Part shown: positions 1-9,501 of the stretch, one piece after another | Layout: each line of letters opens with the position of its first letter | Position numbering within the stretch: position 1 is the stretch's first letter | The notes under the pieces: generated by a model | What the model saw: the letters and a program-made list of their open reading frames with translations, nothing else | What the model was told of the DNA's origin: nothing | The model's database searches: none | Made by a program: the position numbers and the translations under genes | Assembly: GCF_039969435.1 (NCBI RefSeq) | Contig: NZ_JBDVNU010000038.1 | Span: 86,071 to 150,070 of the forward strand | Direction: 5' to 3' | Source of the DNA: Ilumatobacter sp. | Lineage (GTDB): Bacteria; Actinomycetota; Acidimicrobiia; Acidimicrobiales; Ilumatobacteraceae | DNA length: 64,000 nt

Positions 1-1349
1 CCGCCGACGAGCTCGTCTACCTCTGGGACAACGGCGACGTCACGACCGTGGTGTTCCACGGAACGTTCACCGACCGGATCGAAGCCGTCCGTGCGCGCGT
101 TCCAGGGATCACCACCTGGCTGTGGGTCGACGACGGTGCCGGGACCTGCCCCGATTGGGCGACCCCCTACGAGGAGGTCGCGTCCGCCGGCTCCGACGAG
201 AACGTTTCCGGCACATGGGGGCGGTCAGGCGATCACCTGATGCTGATCTACACCGGCGGCACGACCGGCATGCCCAAGGGTGTGATGTGGCGCCAGGACG
301 ACGTGTTCGGAGTCCTCGACGCGAACAACAAGCAACGCATGCCTCCCGAGCAGGACCTCGACGCCGCCGCCGAACGGATCACGACGGCGGGTCCACGCAA
401 CCTGCCGAGCGCGCCGCTCATGCACGGAACCGGATTCTTCAACGCGTTGAGCAACCTGATGATCGGTGGCTCGATCACCACGATGGAGGGCCGCTCGTTC
501 GACCCGATCGAGTTCCTCGACACCGTCGAGACCTTCGACCTCAACTCGACGTCGATTGTCGGCGACGCCTTTGCCAAGCCCATCCTGCGAGCGCTCGACG
601 CCGAGCCCGACCGGTGGGACATCTCCTCGCTGCGGGTGATCGTGTCGTCGGGAGTGATGTGGTCGAAAGAGACCAAGGACGGTCTCCTGCGCCACAACCC
701 GCGGCTGATCCTCGTCGACGCACTCGGGTCGTCCGAGGCGATCGGGATGGCCACCAACACGACGACTGCTGGGGCGAGGGGCGAGACCGCCAGGTTCGTG
801 CTCGGTCCGAACACCCGCGTGGTGACCGATCCGACGGACATGGAACCGAGCCGGGACGTGATCCCGGGATCGGACGAACTCGGACGCGTCGCCCTGCGCG
901 GTCGCACCCCGATCGGCTACTACAAGGACGAGGAGAAGTCGGCCCAGACCTTCGTGCTCATCGACGGCGAGCGCTACTCGATCCCCGGCGACTACGCATC
1001 GGTGGACGTCGACGGGACGGTCAACCTCAAGGGTCGCGGGAGCCAGTGCATCAACACCGGCGGCGAGAAGGTCTACCCCGAGGAGGTCGAGGAGTGCCTG
1101 AAGCTGCACTCGAGCGTGAGGGATGCCGCGGTCGTGGGACTGCCCGACGAGAAGTGGGGGCAGGCGATCAACGCACTGGTCGAACTGCATCCCGGCAACG
1201 ACCTCGACCCCGAGGCGCTGCGCGACCACGTGAAGGCACACCTCGCGGCGTACAAGGCGCCCAAGACGATCACCGAGATCGAATCGGTCGGGCGAGCCGC
1301 CAACGGCAAGCTCGACTACGCGGCGCTCACGGTCCTCGCCGCGGGCTGA
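1..1349 (+). CDS. Acyl-CoA synthetase / AMP-dependent ligase (FadD family), 5'-truncated by window edge
   Basis: The frame is open from the window start (ADELVYLWDNG...). AMP-binding signature LIYTGGTTGMPKGV; C-terminal GEKVYPEEVE...YKAPK motifs typical of adenylate-forming enzymes. High GC3. Confidence 0.85.
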   Translation, partial: ADELVYLWDNGDVTTVVFHGTFTDRIEAVRARVPGITTWLWVDDGAGTCPDWATPYEEVASAGSDENVSGTWGRSGDHLMLIYTGGTTGMPKGVMWRQDDVFGVLDANNKQRMPPEQDLDAAAERITTAGPRNLPSAPLMHGTGFFNALSNLMIGGSITTMEGRSFDPIEFLDTVETFDLNSTSIVGDAFAKPILRALDAEPDRWDISSLRVIVSSGVMWSKETKDGLLRHNPRLILVDALGSSEAIGMATNTTTAGARGETARFVLGPNTRVVTDPTDMEPSRDVIPGSDELGRVALRGRTPIGYYKDEEKSAQTFVLIDGERYSIPGDYASVDVDGTVNLKGRGSQCINTGGEKVYPEEVEECLKLHSSVRDAAVVGLPDEKWGQAINALVELHPGNDLDPEALRDHVKAHLAAYKAPKTITEIESVGRAANGKLDYAALTVLAAG

Positions 1350-1420
1350 ACGTCGGGTCCGACGTCGAACCCACTCGACCCGGATCGCCACCGGGTGCGA
1401 CGAGCCGTAGCATCGCTCCG

Positions 1421-2170
1421 ATGGGTGATCTGACGGCGGACCGATTCGAGTGGAGCGACTACGACGGGGTGCTGTTCGACCTCGACGGCGTGATCACCCC
1501 GACGGCGGAGATCCACGAGCACGCGTGGGGGGAACTCTTCTCCGCCTACGACTACACGGCGGCCGACTACCTCGAACACATCGACGGCAGGCCCCGGTAC
1601 GACGGTGTCCGATCGTTCCTCGCCAGTCGCGGCGTCGAACTCCCCGAGGGTGACCTCGACGACGCACCGGGCGACGGCACGGTGTGTGCGCTCGGGAACC
1701 GCAAGAACGAGTTGTTCAATGAGATCCTCGACCGGGACGGCATCGCGCCGTATCCGGGGTCGCAGGCCACGCTCGACCTGTTGGGGTCCGCGGGCATCCC
1801 CGCAGCGATCGTGTCGTCGTCGAAGAACGCGGTGCCGGTCCTCGACGCCGCGGGCCTCGCGGATCGGTTCGACGTCGTGATCGACGGTGTGGTCGCCGCC
1901 GATCTCGGACTCGCCGGCAAGCCGGCCCCCGACGGCTACCTCCTCGGTGCCGCTCGACTCGGCGTGGACCCGTCACGCACCGTCGTCGTCGAAGACGCCT
2001 CGTCGGGCGTCGCCGCCGGCAAGGCGGGTTCCTTCGCCGTCACGATCGGCGTCGACCGTGGCGCCGGTCACGACACGCTGCTGGCGCACGGAGCGACCTT
2101 CGTCGTCGACGACCTCGCCGACCTGCTGGGGTCCGACCACCCGAGCGACGACACCCGAGAGGAACGCTGA
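1421..2170 (+). CDS. HAD-superfamily hydrolase, beta-phosphoglucomutase-like
   Basis: ATG at 1421 in the frame of the long 122-2170 ORF. N-terminal DxDGV motif (VLFDLDGVITPT) and HAD motifs; sits immediately upstream of a GH65 phosphorylase (classic pgmB arrangement). The upstream 430 codons of the ORF are an antisense-frame artefact of gene 1. Confidence 0.75.
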   Translation: MGDLTADRFEWSDYDGVLFDLDGVITPTAEIHEHAWGELFSAYDYTAADYLEHIDGRPRYDGVRSFLASRGVELPEGDLDDAPGDGTVCALGNRKNELFNEILDRDGIAPYPGSQATLDLLGSAGIPAAIVSSSKNAVPVLDAAGLADRFDVVIDGVVAADLGLAGKPAPDGYLLGAARLGVDPSRTVVVEDASSGVAAGKAGSFAVTIGVDRGAGHDTLLAHGATFVVDDLADLLGSDHPSDDTREER

Positions 2171-2173
2171 CCG

Positions 2174-4579
2174 ATGGCTCCCAACCACATGCCACCGCCG
2201 ACGGGCCTCGAGTCGCATCGCTTCCCCGTCGAACCGTGGCGGCTCGTCGAGACCGAGGTCGGTCACGAGGATCTCGGTCACACCGAGACGCTGTTCGGAG
2301 TCGGCAACGGCTACCTCGGCATGCGCGGCAACCCCGAGGAGGGGCGCGACGCCCACACCCACGGCACCTACGTGAACGGCTTCCACGAGACCTGGGAGAT
2401 CCAGCACGCCGAGAACGCGTTCGGGTTCGCGAAGGTGGGCCAGACCATCGTGAACGTCCCCGACGCGAAACTGATCAAGCTCTACGTCGACGACGAGCCC
2501 CTCCTGCTCTCCACCGCTGATCTCGACAGCTACGAACGGTCGATCGACTTCCGTTCGGGGCTCCTCTCCCGCGAGCTCGTCTGGCGGACGCCGGGCGGCA
2601 AGCGGGTGCACGTCCGCTCGACACGGATGGTGTCCATGGCCGAGCGCCATCTCGCCGTGATGACCTTCGAGGTCACCATGCTCGACGCGTCGGCGCCCGT
2701 CGTCATCTCCTCGCAGCTGCTGAACCGCCAGGACGGCGAGGACGAGTACCACGTCGCCGACGCCGCGCTCGGCGAGGGCGAGGAGGTCCACGATCCACGA
2801 CAGGCACGACTGTTCGATCACCGCGTTCTACAACCCACGTCGTCACGCGACGACACCGACGACCGCGGGCGCGGCAACGTCGTCCTCGGCTACACCTGCA
2901 CGAACAGTGCGATGACCCTCGCGTGCGGGTTCCACCACCGCATCGAGTGCGCCTCCGACGTGCGCGTCGAGACCTCGGTGAACCATGACAAGGCCAAGTC
3001 GGTCATCCAGGTGGACGCTCAGCCCGGAGTCCCGATCGTGTTGACGAAGTACGTCAGCTACCACACGTCCACGGGGGTGCCGTGCGAGGAACTGGCCGAC
3101 CGCTGTGCACGCACGCTCGACCGGGCGGCGCGCGAGGGCATCGCCACGGTCCACGCCGGCCAACGCGCGGAACTCGACCGCTTCTGGGCGGCGTCGGACA
3201 TCGAGATCGACGGAGACGACACCGCGCAGCAGGCCCTGCGTTGGAACCTCTTCCAACTCGCCCAGGCCTCGGTCCGCACGCAGGAGCAGGGGATCGCCGC
3301 CAAGGGCGTCACCGCCGGCGGTTACGACGGGCACTACTTCTGGGACACCGAGGTCTACGTCCTGCCGTTCCTCGTGTACACCGACCCCGAGGCGGCTCGC
3401 AAGGTGCTCCGGTTCCGATGGCACATGCTCGACGCCGCACGGCGGCGCGCCGAGGTGATGAACCAGCGCGGCGGGCTCTATCCGTGGCGAACCATCAACG
3501 GTGAGGAGGCGTCGGCCTACTACGCGGCCGGCACCGCTCAGTACCACATCAACGCCGCCGTGGCCTTCGCGCTGGCGCGCTACCTCGACGCCACGGGCGA
3601 CGTCGACTTCCTCGCGAACGAGGGTGCCGAGATCCTGGTCGAGACGGCCCGGCTGTGGTTCGACCTCGGCTTCTACGCCACCAACAACAGCGGCTCGTTC
3701 CACATCCACCGGGTGACGGGGCCCGACGAGTACACGACCGTCGTCAACGACAACTGCTACACGAACGTGATGGCGCGGTTCAACCTGCGCTATGCGGCAC
3801 GAACCGTCCGGTTCCTCGCCGAGTGGAACCCCGAGGCGTTCGCTGCGATCCAGCGCCGCACGGGGCTCGAACTGCGAGAACTCGACGACTGGGACGGCGC
3901 CGCCGACGCGATGTTCATCCCGTACGACGACGAACGGATGATCCATCCTCAGGACACGAACTTCCTTGACCTGGAGCCGTGGGACTGGGACGGCGTCCCC
4001 GCCGACGAGTACCCGCTCCTGTTGAACTTCCACCCGCTCGTCATCTACCGCCACCAGGTACTCAAGCAGGCCGACGTGGTGCTCGCGATGTACCTGCGCT
4101 CGCAGCATTTCAGCGACGAGCAGAAGCGGCGCAACTTCGACTTCTACGATCCGATCACCACCGGCGACTCCTCGCTGTCGGCGTGCGTCCAGGGCATCGT
4201 CGCCGCTCAGGTCGGCCATCGGAACCTGGCGATCGACTACTTCCGTCGAGCCCTCTACCTCGACATCTGCGACGTGCACCACAACACCGCCGACGGCGTC
4301 CACATCGCCAACTGCGGCGGCGTGTGGGCGGGCATCGTGCACGGCTTCGCCGGGCTCGTCGAGACCGGCGAGTACGTCCGGTTCTCACCACGCCTTCCCG
4401 ACTGCTGGGGAGCCGTGCGGTTCCGGCTGCACCGCCACGGTTCGACCGTCCAGGCCGAACTGACGTCCGCCGGCGTCACGCTGACCCATGTCGACGGCCT
4501 CGGTGTGCCGGTGCGCCACGACGAGCAGATCACTGTCGTCACCGAGGGAACCGTCCTGGCGATCCCCTCCCCCGGCTGA
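2174..4579 (+). CDS. Glycoside hydrolase family 65 phosphorylase (trehalose/maltose/kojibiose phosphorylase type)
   Basis: 801 aa; conserved GH65 N-terminal region (GFHETWEIQHAENAFGFAKVGQTIVNVPD) and central (alpha/alpha)6 catalytic domain; 4 bp after the beta-PGM-like gene. Confidence 0.85.
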   Translation: MAPNHMPPPTGLESHRFPVEPWRLVETEVGHEDLGHTETLFGVGNGYLGMRGNPEEGRDAHTHGTYVNGFHETWEIQHAENAFGFAKVGQTIVNVPDAKLIKLYVDDEPLLLSTADLDSYERSIDFRSGLLSRELVWRTPGGKRVHVRSTRMVSMAERHLAVMTFEVTMLDASAPVVISSQLLNRQDGEDEYHVADAALGEGEEVHDPRQARLFDHRVLQPTSSRDDTDDRGRGNVVLGYTCTNSAMTLACGFHHRIECASDVRVETSVNHDKAKSVIQVDAQPGVPIVLTKYVSYHTSTGVPCEELADRCARTLDRAAREGIATVHAGQRAELDRFWAASDIEIDGDDTAQQALRWNLFQLAQASVRTQEQGIAAKGVTAGGYDGHYFWDTEVYVLPFLVYTDPEAARKVLRFRWHMLDAARRRAEVMNQRGGLYPWRTINGEEASAYYAAGTAQYHINAAVAFALARYLDATGDVDFLANEGAEILVETARLWFDLGFYATNNSGSFHIHRVTGPDEYTTVVNDNCYTNVMARFNLRYAARTVRFLAEWNPEAFAAIQRRTGLELRELDDWDGAADAMFIPYDDERMIHPQDTNFLDLEPWDWDGVPADEYPLLLNFHPLVIYRHQVLKQADVVLAMYLRSQHFSDEQKRRNFDFYDPITTGDSSLSACVQGIVAAQVGHRNLAIDYFRRALYLDICDVHHNTADGVHIANCGGVWAGIVHGFAGLVETGEYVRFSPRLPDCWGAVRFRLHRHGSTVQAELTSAGVTLTHVDGLGVPVRHDEQITVVTEGTVLAIPSPG

Positions 4580-4667
4580 CGCCCGGTCGGGTCGGCGCAT
4601 CTCGGCGTGCCGTGCGTCACCACGTCGGTTTCGGCGCCGACCGTACCCACCGGTAGCTTCTCCCTCC

Positions 4668-5564
4668 ATGACTGATCTCGGATTCGACGGCAAGGTAGCG
4701 ATCATCACCGGAGCGGGTGGTGGCCTCGGGCGGCAACACGCGTTGATGATGGCGGCACGTGGTGCACTGATCGTCGTCAACGACCTCGGCGGCTCCGTCG
4801 ACGGTTCCGGCTCCGACAAGGGCGCCGCTCAACTCGTCGTCGACGAGATCAAGGCCGCGGGCGGCGACGCCGTCGCCAACACCGACTCCGTCGCCACCCC
4901 CGAGGGCGGCGAGAGCATCGTGCAGACCGCGGTCGATGCGTTCGGAACGGTCGACATCGTGATCAACAACGCCGGAATCCTGCGCGACAAGTCGTTCCAC
5001 AACATGACGCCCGACCTGTTCGACCCGGTCATCGACGTCCACCTCCGCGGTGCGTACCACGTGACCGCTCCGGCATGGAAGATCATGCGCGAGAAGTCCT
5101 ACGGCCGCATCGTTTCCACCTCCTCCGCTGCCGGCATCTTCGGCAACTTCGGCCAGGCGAACTACGGCGCCGCCAAGATGGGCTTGGTCGGTTTCACCAA
5201 CGTGCTCGCCGTCGAAGGCGCGAAGTACAACGTGCGGGCCAACGCCATCGCTCCCCTCGCGCTCACCCGGATGACCGAGGACCTCATGGGTGGCGACTTC
5301 GGTGCGAAGCTGCAGCCCGAACTCGTCTCGCCGCTCGTCACCTACCTCGCGCACGAGTCGTGTGAGTCGACCGGTCGCGTGTACTCCGTCGGCGGCGGTC
5401 GAGTGGCCGAGGTGTTCATCGCGGAATGTCAGGGATTCACCACCGACGACCTGACGCCCGAGACCCTGCGCGACAACTGGGCCACCGTCACCGACCAGAA
5501 CGGCTACGAGGTCCCTGCCGCCATCGCCGAGGAGACCGCGATGTTCCTCAAGGCCCTCGGCTGA
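4668..5564 (+). CDS. Short-chain dehydrogenase/reductase (SDR), MFE-2/hydroxyacyl-CoA dehydrogenase-like with C-terminal extension
   Basis: ATG at 4668 (MTDLGFDGKVAIITGAGGGLGR = Rossmann TGxxxGxG); NNAG and YxxxK motifs (ANYGAAK); about 100-aa C-terminal tail beyond the SDR core. Confidence 0.8.
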   Translation: MTDLGFDGKVAIITGAGGGLGRQHALMMAARGALIVVNDLGGSVDGSGSDKGAAQLVVDEIKAAGGDAVANTDSVATPEGGESIVQTAVDAFGTVDIVINNAGILRDKSFHNMTPDLFDPVIDVHLRGAYHVTAPAWKIMREKSYGRIVSTSSAAGIFGNFGQANYGAAKMGLVGFTNVLAVEGAKYNVRANAIAPLALTRMTEDLMGGDFGAKLQPELVSPLVTYLAHESCESTGRVYSVGGGRVAEVFIAECQGFTTDDLTPETLRDNWATVTDQNGYEVPAAIAEETAMFLKALG

Positions 5565-5611
5565 CCGTCTCCGTCTGACCGGCGTTCGGCCGACCGCCGC
5601 CCCGGCCGGGG

Positions 5612-6205
5612 TCAGGTGACCGATCGGAAGTGTCGGGCTGCCGTCGCTGCGCAGACGGCGATGGCGATCGCCACGATGACCGAGATCGAGATCCCGTAGC
5701 GGAGATGACGATCGAGGCCATCGTCGGTCGTGATCGAGGCCGCCATCCCGAGCAGCCCGACACGAGCGATCGCCACGACGATCACGGCGGTCATCGCGCC
5801 ACTCGACCTCGATCGGAGGCCGGCGAGCGTGATCCACGCCGAGACCCCGAGAACCACGAGCGACAGCCCGAGCAACCCGCCGACGGAGTCGCCGGTCCCG
5901 ACCAGGCTCAGGCCGCTCCTGACGGTGTCGAGGCCCGTGACCGCCCCGTCCTCCGCCCACGGAACAGCGAGCGCCACGAACTGGACCACGTGGAGCGCCA
6001 CCAAACCGGTCGCGAACAGACTCCACGTCCGCTGTTCGCTCGCTGCCGTCGCGATCATCCGCTCGATCTGGGCTCGCTCCAGGGTCGTGAGGTCGGCAGC
6101 GTCGTCGTGGGTCCGATGGTTCGATGCCGTGCGGGTCGCTTCGTTCTCCATGGAGCAAGTGGACCGTGTGGCTGCCGATGTCGCAACGGGGACGGATCCC
6201 CGCAT
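5612..6205 (-). CDS. Hypothetical integral membrane protein
   Basis: 197-aa ORF immediately downstream (3-bp gap) of the alpha/beta hydrolase on the same strand; 4-5 hydrophobic helices; high GC3. Start could be the internal MENEA. Confidence 0.5.
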   Translation of the reverse strand: MRGSVPVATSAATRSTCSMENEATRTASNHRTHDDAADLTTLERAQIERMIATAASEQRTWSLFATGLVALHVVQFVALAVPWAEDGAVTGLDTVRSGLSLVGTGDSVGGLLGLSLVVLGVSAWITLAGLRSRSSGAMTAVIVVAIARVGLLGMAASITTDDGLDRHLRYGISISVIVAIAIAVCAATAARHFRSVT

Positions 6206-6208
6206 CCG

Positions 6209-6970
6209 TCAGGTGTCGGGGTCCTCGGCCAACGCTTCGGCGACGGTGAGCCAGACGTCGGGGTCGATCCCGAGGCCGACGTGGGTGGAACCGACCTCGA
6301 CCATGGTGACGTCGAGGGAGAAACGGTCGATGCACGCACGCCAGTCGACGACGGAGTCGTTGCGGGTGAAGATCGCCGTGATCGGCGTGGTCACCGGTTC
6401 GGTCGCGTCGAGGTGCGCCTGGAGTTCGCGGATCCGAGCGACCTCTTCCGCGTCGTAGGCACCAACCCCTGCGGTGTGCGTGGGGCCGCCGACCACCGGT
6501 GAGCCGTAGATCACCACGCGATGGACCGATTCCGGAGCGCTGCGGGCGACCTCTCGTGCCACCACTCCCCCGAGGCTCCAGCCGAGCAGGTTGACGGGTC
6601 GTTCACTGCGTTGCGCCAACTCCCGAACCTGCTCGACCATCTGGTCGCGTTTGGCCTCGACGTCGCCCTGGTTGATCCCGAAGCCCCAGCTCCGAGCATC
6701 GTGGCCGATCGAACGGAGGTAGCCGCGCAGCGGCGCCGTCGTGACGTCAGGTGCCTTCCAGCCCGGCAGTGCGACGGCGATCCGGCCGTCTCCACGAGGA
6801 GCCGACAGCAACGCGCGACTCTTCAGGGCCAGGCGCCACGGTTGCAGTGCCGTGCCGAGTTCCGCAACCAGGCCGGCCCGGCGGGGGCTCCCCTCCGGCG
6901 GGGCGATCGCAGCCAGGTCGTCATGGCTCAGTGGTGCGATCGACAGCAGTGGTGTCGTGGAGTTCTTCAT
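6209..6970 (-). CDS. Alpha/beta-fold hydrolase
   Basis: Nucleophile elbow GWSLGG; 253 aa; divergent from the acyl-CoA dehydrogenase gene. Confidence 0.75.
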   Translation of the reverse strand: MKNSTTPLLSIAPLSHDDLAAIAPPEGSPRRAGLVAELGTALQPWRLALKSRALLSAPRGDGRIAVALPGWKAPDVTTAPLRGYLRSIGHDARSWGFGINQGDVEAKRDQMVEQVRELAQRSERPVNLLGWSLGGVVAREVARSAPESVHRVVIYGSPVVGGPTHTAGVGAYDAEEVARIRELQAHLDATEPVTTPITAIFTRNDSVVDWRACIDRFSLDVTMVEVGSTHVGLGIDPDVWLTVAEALAEDPDT

Positions 6971-7065
6971 GGCGATCTCATCGTCCCGGAGTCGAGTGAA
7001 CGGCTGTCAACGCTAGCGGTGGTCCGGGTTCTTCGAGAACGGGGCATGCAGGCGACACTGGGCAC

Positions 7066-8235
7066 ATGGAGACCACCACCGACAACGGCCCCGGCGACGA
7101 TCCCCACGCATCCGTGGATTCGTTCCAGGCCGACGCTGCCGACTGGTTGGCGGAACACGCCGCGTCCGCGCCACCCGACTACGGAGCCATCTGTCCACCG
7201 GAACTGATCGAGACGGGCATCGAGTGGCAGAGGAGCCTGCGCGACGCCGGCTACGCAGGCATCCACTGGCCGACCGAGCACGGCGGTCGTGGTCTGAGCA
7301 TCGAGCACAACGCTGCCTGGATGCTGGAATGCGCACGCGCCGGAGTCCCTCCCGTGCTGAACATGGTCGGCCTGGTCCTCACGGCCGGAGCACTGCTGCG
7401 CTTCGGCACACCCGAGCAGCAGCAGCGCCACCTGCGACCGACGCTCGACGCCGATCACGTGTGGTGTCAGCTGTTCTCCGAGCCGGGGTCGGGAAGCGAC
7501 CTCGCGTCACTGTCCACCCGCGCCGAACTCGACGGCGACCGGTTCGTCGTGAACGGCCAGAAGGTGTGGTGCTCGGGTGGGCGGTACAGCAACTGGGGCA
7601 TCCTGATGGCGCGCACCCGACCAATCGACCCGACGGGCGAGCACGGCGCACCGCAACACGAGGGCATCTCGTTCTTCCTCTGCCCGATGGACCTCCCCGG
7701 CATCGAGATCCGCCCGCTGAAGCAGATGACCGGCGAGTCGGAGTTCGACGAGGTGTTCTTCACCGACGTGCACCTCCCCGCCGACCACCTGCTCGGACCG
7801 CTGCACGGCGGATGGGGCGTGGCGATGGCCGTGCTGACCAGCGAACGCGGTCACATCGGCACGGCGGTGATCTCACTCGAGCGGCGCCTCGAGCACATGA
7901 CCCGACTCGCGGAAGGCCACGACCTCGACGCCACGGCCCGACAGGAGCTGATGCGGCTCGTCTCGACGGGCAGCGCCTACAAGGCGATGGCGCAGCGCCA
8001 GGGCCCCGTCGCGTCCACCGCAGCGTCGCTGATGAAACTGGGCATCACACAGATGACGTTCGACGCCGCGATGTTGCGTGGCGACCTGGCGGGGGCTGCG
8101 AGCCTGCTCGACGGCACCCAGGCATCTGGCATGCTGGCCGCACCGGGAGGTCGCATCGCAGGCGGCACCAGCCAGGTGCAGCGCAACATCATCGGTGAAC
8201 GACTGCTCGGCCTGCCCCGCGAACCGCGCGTGTGA
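7066..8235 (+). CDS. Acyl-CoA dehydrogenase
   Basis: 389 aa; ACAD middle-domain motifs (QLFSEPGSGSDLASL..., VNGQKVWCSGG), C-terminal helical domain. Confidence 0.85.
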   Translation: METTTDNGPGDDPHASVDSFQADAADWLAEHAASAPPDYGAICPPELIETGIEWQRSLRDAGYAGIHWPTEHGGRGLSIEHNAAWMLECARAGVPPVLNMVGLVLTAGALLRFGTPEQQQRHLRPTLDADHVWCQLFSEPGSGSDLASLSTRAELDGDRFVVNGQKVWCSGGRYSNWGILMARTRPIDPTGEHGAPQHEGISFFLCPMDLPGIEIRPLKQMTGESEFDEVFFTDVHLPADHLLGPLHGGWGVAMAVLTSERGHIGTAVISLERRLEHMTRLAEGHDLDATARQELMRLVSTGSAYKAMAQRQGPVASTAASLMKLGITQMTFDAAMLRGDLAGAASLLDGTQASGMLAAPGGRIAGGTSQVQRNIIGERLLGLPREPRV

Positions 8236-8290
8236 ACCGGATCCGATCCGGCCATCCGCCTCACGACCGACACGAAACGAGCAGACGACC

Positions 8291-8560
8291 ATGGACGATC
8301 TCGACAGGATCGGGGACGACCCGCAACCCACGTCGGAACCTCGCAGCGCGCCGTCGGTCTGGCTGATCCTGTTCGCCCTGGTGGCGATCTTCACGGCAGT
8401 CTTCATCGTGCAGAACGGCGAACGCGTCCCCGCCGAGTTCCTGTGGTTCGACCGCAGGATCCGGCTGTGGGTCGCGATCGTGGCGTCCGTCGTGCTCGGC
8501 ATCCTGCTCGACCGGTTGATCCTCACCTGGTGGCGCCGCCGCAAGCGTCATGACGACTGA
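8291..8560 (+). CDS. LapA-domain / DUF1049-like small membrane protein
   Basis: ATG at 8291 inside the 8078-8560 ORF; two TM helices followed by a basic tail (WWRRRKRHDD), typical of the lipopolysaccharide-assembly-protein-A-like family. Confidence 0.55.
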   Translation: MDDLDRIGDDPQPTSEPRSAPSVWLILFALVAIFTAVFIVQNGERVPAEFLWFDRRIRLWVAIVASVVLGILLDRLILTWWRRRKRHDD

Positions 8561-8626
8561 GGGTCACCGACGTCGGTCGCACGCACCGATTGGTCGGGTG
8601 GGGACCGCTGCGACGATGATGGGCGG

Positions 8627-9451
8627 GTGCGAGCGATGTCGTCGGACCAGGTCAGCGTTGCGATCCACGAATTCGGAGGCACCGGTCGGCCGCTGCTGCT
8701 CTCCCACGCCACCGGGTTCCACGGCTACTGCTATCTGCCGATCGCCGATCACCTGAACGAGCAGTTCACCACGTACGCGCTCGACTACCGAGGGCACGGA
8801 GCCACGTCGCGACCGGACGACTGGGCCGTCGACTGGGACCGCTACGGCGATGACGCTCTCGCCGCGGCTCTCAGGATCGCACCCGACGGCGGCCTGATCG
8901 GCTTCGGCCATTCGATGGGCGGTGCCGGCCTCCTCATGGCGGCACACCGCGAGCCCGGACTGTTCGACCTGATCGTCGCCTTCGAGCCGATCGTGTTCCC
9001 CACCGACGTCGATCGGTCGAGCGACGAACCGTCGGCGATGGTCGACGCAGCTCGCCGTCGTCGCCCGTCGTTCGACTCCTTCGAGGCAGCGGTGCAGAAC
9101 TACTCGTCGAAGCCGCCGATGGATGCGTTCGCACCCGACGTGGTCCGCCTGTACGTCGGACACGGATTCCGTCCGGCACCCGAGGGTGTCCGCCTCAAGT
9201 GCGACCCCGAACACGAGGCACGCACCTTCGAGACCGGAGCCTCTCACACGACGTGGGATGTCCTCCCCGAGATCGACACCCGCGTGGTGGTCGTGGCCGG
9301 GGGTGACGCGATGGGGCCCGCCGAGGTCGCTCCGCTGATCGCCGAACGGCTGGCGAACAGCATGTTCGTGGAGCAACCGGACTCGAACCACTTCGGTCCG
9401 TTCATCGATCCCGGCGGCACCGCCGACCTGATCGTCGACATGACCCACTGA
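8627..9451 (+). CDS. Alpha/beta-fold hydrolase
   Basis: 274 aa; nucleophile motif GHSMGG; His near C-terminus. The antisense 8564-9478 ORF is rejected. Confidence 0.75.
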   Translation: MRAMSSDQVSVAIHEFGGTGRPLLLSHATGFHGYCYLPIADHLNEQFTTYALDYRGHGATSRPDDWAVDWDRYGDDALAAALRIAPDGGLIGFGHSMGGAGLLMAAHREPGLFDLIVAFEPIVFPTDVDRSSDEPSAMVDAARRRRPSFDSFEAAVQNYSSKPPMDAFAPDVVRLYVGHGFRPAPEGVRLKCDPEHEARTFETGASHTTWDVLPEIDTRVVVVAGGDAMGPAEVAPLIAERLANSMFVEQPDSNHFGPFIDPGGTADLIVDMTH

Positions 9452-9501
9452 CGAAGCACGGATGATGACGTGTTCCAACTCTGGAGCACCCCTTCCGTAG
9501 T

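Noticed and set aside
225-1391. 388-aa minus-strand ORF antisense to the acyl-CoA synthetase (and many similar long antisense/alternate-frame ORFs: 122-2170 N-terminal part, 2843-4342, 4617-6335, 8564-9478, 9610-10380, 10268-11575, 13505-14347, 14573-15529, 16696-17727, 21121-22647, 21533-22789, 23415-24587, 23491-24570, 24768-26030, 26009-26989, 35938-38178, 39588-41462, 43079-45154, 43422-44480, 46333-48006, 50550-53465, 53315-55510, 58470-59843, 61418-63052)
   Set aside because: High-GC DNA leaves long stop-free frames. These translate to Arg/Pro/Gly/Ala-rich low-complexity sequence, lack third-position GC bias, and each overlaps an ORF on another frame with clear family motifs.
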